DNA of 62,931 bases, filler included, from Asterionella formosa (taxonomy: Eukaryota): NCBI GenBank assembly GCA_002256025.1. It is 27 parts of 27 records of this genome, joined end to end, with 100 filler letters (N's around TTAATTAATTAA, not from the genome) between each part and the next. Parts side by side here need not be neighbours in the genome. Positions count along the whole stretch, not along the records: positions 60,703 to 62,931 come from NKIB01000179.1; 26 more parts are not named here. The stretch is one strand, 5' to 3'. How positions within the stretch are numbered: position 1 is the stretch's first letter; each line of letters opens with the position of its first letter. The position numbers were made by a program, and so were the translations under genes. Positions 60,827 through 62,931 of the stretch are shown piece by piece. A model generated the notes under the pieces. It was not told the DNA's origin. It ran no database searches and was given only the letters and a program-made list of their open reading frames with translations.

Positions 60827-62931
60827 TTAAGAAGAAGAATTTACTATCCAAAATTGTGGACGAGCTACTTATCAAGCTATTTGCAGCAAAATATGTCATC
60901 AAGTATCTACGATGTGATAATGCAGGTGAAAATCTCGAAAATTTGTCATCTGTATGCACCAAGCATGGTATTCAGATTGAATACACAGCACCAAATACAC
61001 CTCAGCAGAACGGTGTTGTTGAGCGCAAGTTTGTCAAGTGATGAGTTTCAAGGACTTCTTTGGGCAGAATGTGCCAACACAATGACTCGAGTGACAAATG
61101 TGGTTTCGAATTCAAGAAATATCAAGTGCCCTGATTGGCTATGGTATGGGAAACAACCTACAATCTATGAACACTTGATTCAATTTGGACGAATTGGATA
61201 TGTCACCATAAGAGCTCCTGTGAATAAGCTTGATGATAAAGCAATTAAATGTGTCATGATTGGATACTCTGAAAACCACTCAGGTGATACCTACCGACTC
61301 TTTAACCCTATAACCAAGAAGGTGATTCAGAGCCGTGATGTAAAATGGATTGAATGGCATGGAGAAACGAAACCTAATAATGATCTGACCATGTTCAAGA
61401 CTGGGATTGATGAAATTGAGTTTGAGGAGGAACTTGACCAACCTGCTGCACCAACTCCGACTGTCATCCCAGATGATGAGACTGGATCACTTTCGACTCT
61501 TAATGACTTGCAGGTCTCTGAAGCAGGGAGGAATGAAGCTTCAAATACTTCAAAACCTGCTATTACGAGAGCTGAACGAGAGCTCAAGAAACTTGGTCAT
61601 GAAACTGCTCCAACGATGTCTACACTACATTCTGGAAGATTGCATAATGTAGATGATGAGGATGATCTGGATTCTAAGCCTACTTCATCCATGGAGGTTC
61701 ATTACATCTATAGCTCTACACTTGCATCAGATCCAGGTGAACCCAAGACCTACAGTGCGGCACTGAAAGCAGATGACAGAGAAAAATGGATTCCAGCAAT
61801 CAAAAGTGAAATTGATAATTGTATAAAACGAAAAGTCTGGTCAAAATTCCCAAGATCAGAATTGCATGGACGCAAGCCGCTTGGGAGTCGATGGGTCTTC
61901 AAGAAAAAGAAGGAACAAGACTTGACTACACGCTATAAGGCACGTGTGGTCGTCAAGGGATAGTATGTTCAAATCCCCGGTGTTGATTTTACCGACTCGT
62001 TTGCACCTGTGGCTACGGATACAAGTATCAGAGTTGTCTTTGCAATCACCATGCACAAGAAGACATGGACTTTGGAGGTCATTGACGTCGAAGCATCCTT
62101 TCTTGAAGGAGACTTAGAGGAAGACATCTACCTTGAATGGCCTGAAGGCGTTGTTGAGTTTGGCTTTGAAGACAACAAGGTTGTCTCAGAAAATTGTATT
62201 CTTCTAAGTAAAGCCATGTATGGAACGGTGCAGGCTGCGCGACAGTGGTACAAGAAACTTGTGGAGCGTCTGATTCTCATTGGAATGAAACAGAGCAAAG
62301 TGGATCCATGCATTTTCTTCTTGAAACGTGATTTGAAATTGGTTCTAATTGTTTGTATCTATGTTGATGACTGCATTGTTGCAGGAGAACAAGCCGATGT
62401 TGACTGGCTTAAGGCTGAAGCCAAGAAGCATTTCACCATAAAGGAACTCGGACCAATCAAGAAACATTTAGGAGTTTGGTATGACTGGGGAGAGGATGCT
62501 GATGGAAGATTTCTTGAATCTACTATGGAGGATTTCGTTGAAGGAATGTTTGAAGACTATAAGAATCTCTTTGGACGTTATCCCGCAATTGCACCAACTC
62601 CCGGATTGCCAGGTACAAGTTTGTCCAAGAATGTTGCCCACACTGTTCTACATAGTGAATACAGATCCATGGTTGGAAAAATCTTATACTTTGTAAAGAA
62701 GATATCTCCAATTTGTGCCAATGCATGTCGAGAATTGTCTCAGCATCTGGAGAATCCAGGAGAGGCTCATTGGAAGGCAGTTGAACGTCTGTTGGGATTC
62801 TTATATGCAGACAAGAAACATCGGCGTATGAAGATGCGAACCCCTAAAGAAATGCGCCCAATGGATGTTGTTGACAGTGCATTTGCAATTAACCCTGATA
62901 CTCGCAAAAGTACAAGTGCATATCTCGGAAC
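60827..62931 (+). mobile_element. Inactivated Ty1/Copia pol (integrase, RT, start of RNase H)
   Basis: RCDNAGEN, TPQQNGVVER, KLDDKAIKC, YKARVVVKG*YVQIPG, IYVDD, VDSAFA. Deletion or frameshift at about 61040 and an in-frame TAG at 61961. Confidence 0.93.

Noticed and set aside
60800..61040. N-terminus of the 387-aa ORF (MPRGSNAA...), echoed at 15106-15297
   Set aside because: It is translated TIR plus out-of-frame integrase. Real Copia coding enters this frame only after about 61042.

Overview
This is not one locus. It is 27 unrelated, roughly size-sorted eukaryotic contigs (about 2241 down to 2229 bp) joined by an artificial 100-nt linker (N44-TTAATTAATTAA-N44), so adjacency across a linker has no biological meaning. 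The content points to a repeat-rich diatom or other photosynthetic stramenopile nuclear genome (inference from the PGRL1 fragment, the Copia and Crypton types, and intron-poor genes). Host genes: lipoyl(octanoyl)transferase LipB, FG-nucleoporin Nup62/Nsp1, a PI-phospholipase C with a very long coiled coil, a GT31-like glycosyltransferase, a J-domain protein (two haplotype copies), two secreted proteins and a decayed PGRL1 fragment. Much of the rest is mobile DNA: four Copia pieces, PIF/Harbinger/Pong parts and MITEs, IS630-Tc1-like and Plavaka-like relics, and a Crypton tyrosine-recombinase element with derivatives. Two systems stand out. (1) A tRNA-Ala-derived SINE family: 4 copies, 3 with clear target-site duplications, with a structured hairpin/pseudoknot body. 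(2) A TTAA-targeting, GG..CC-ended DNA transposon family, one copy of which encodes a P2X7-ballast/KolX-like Cys-rich protein. All calls are by eye; no database searches were run.
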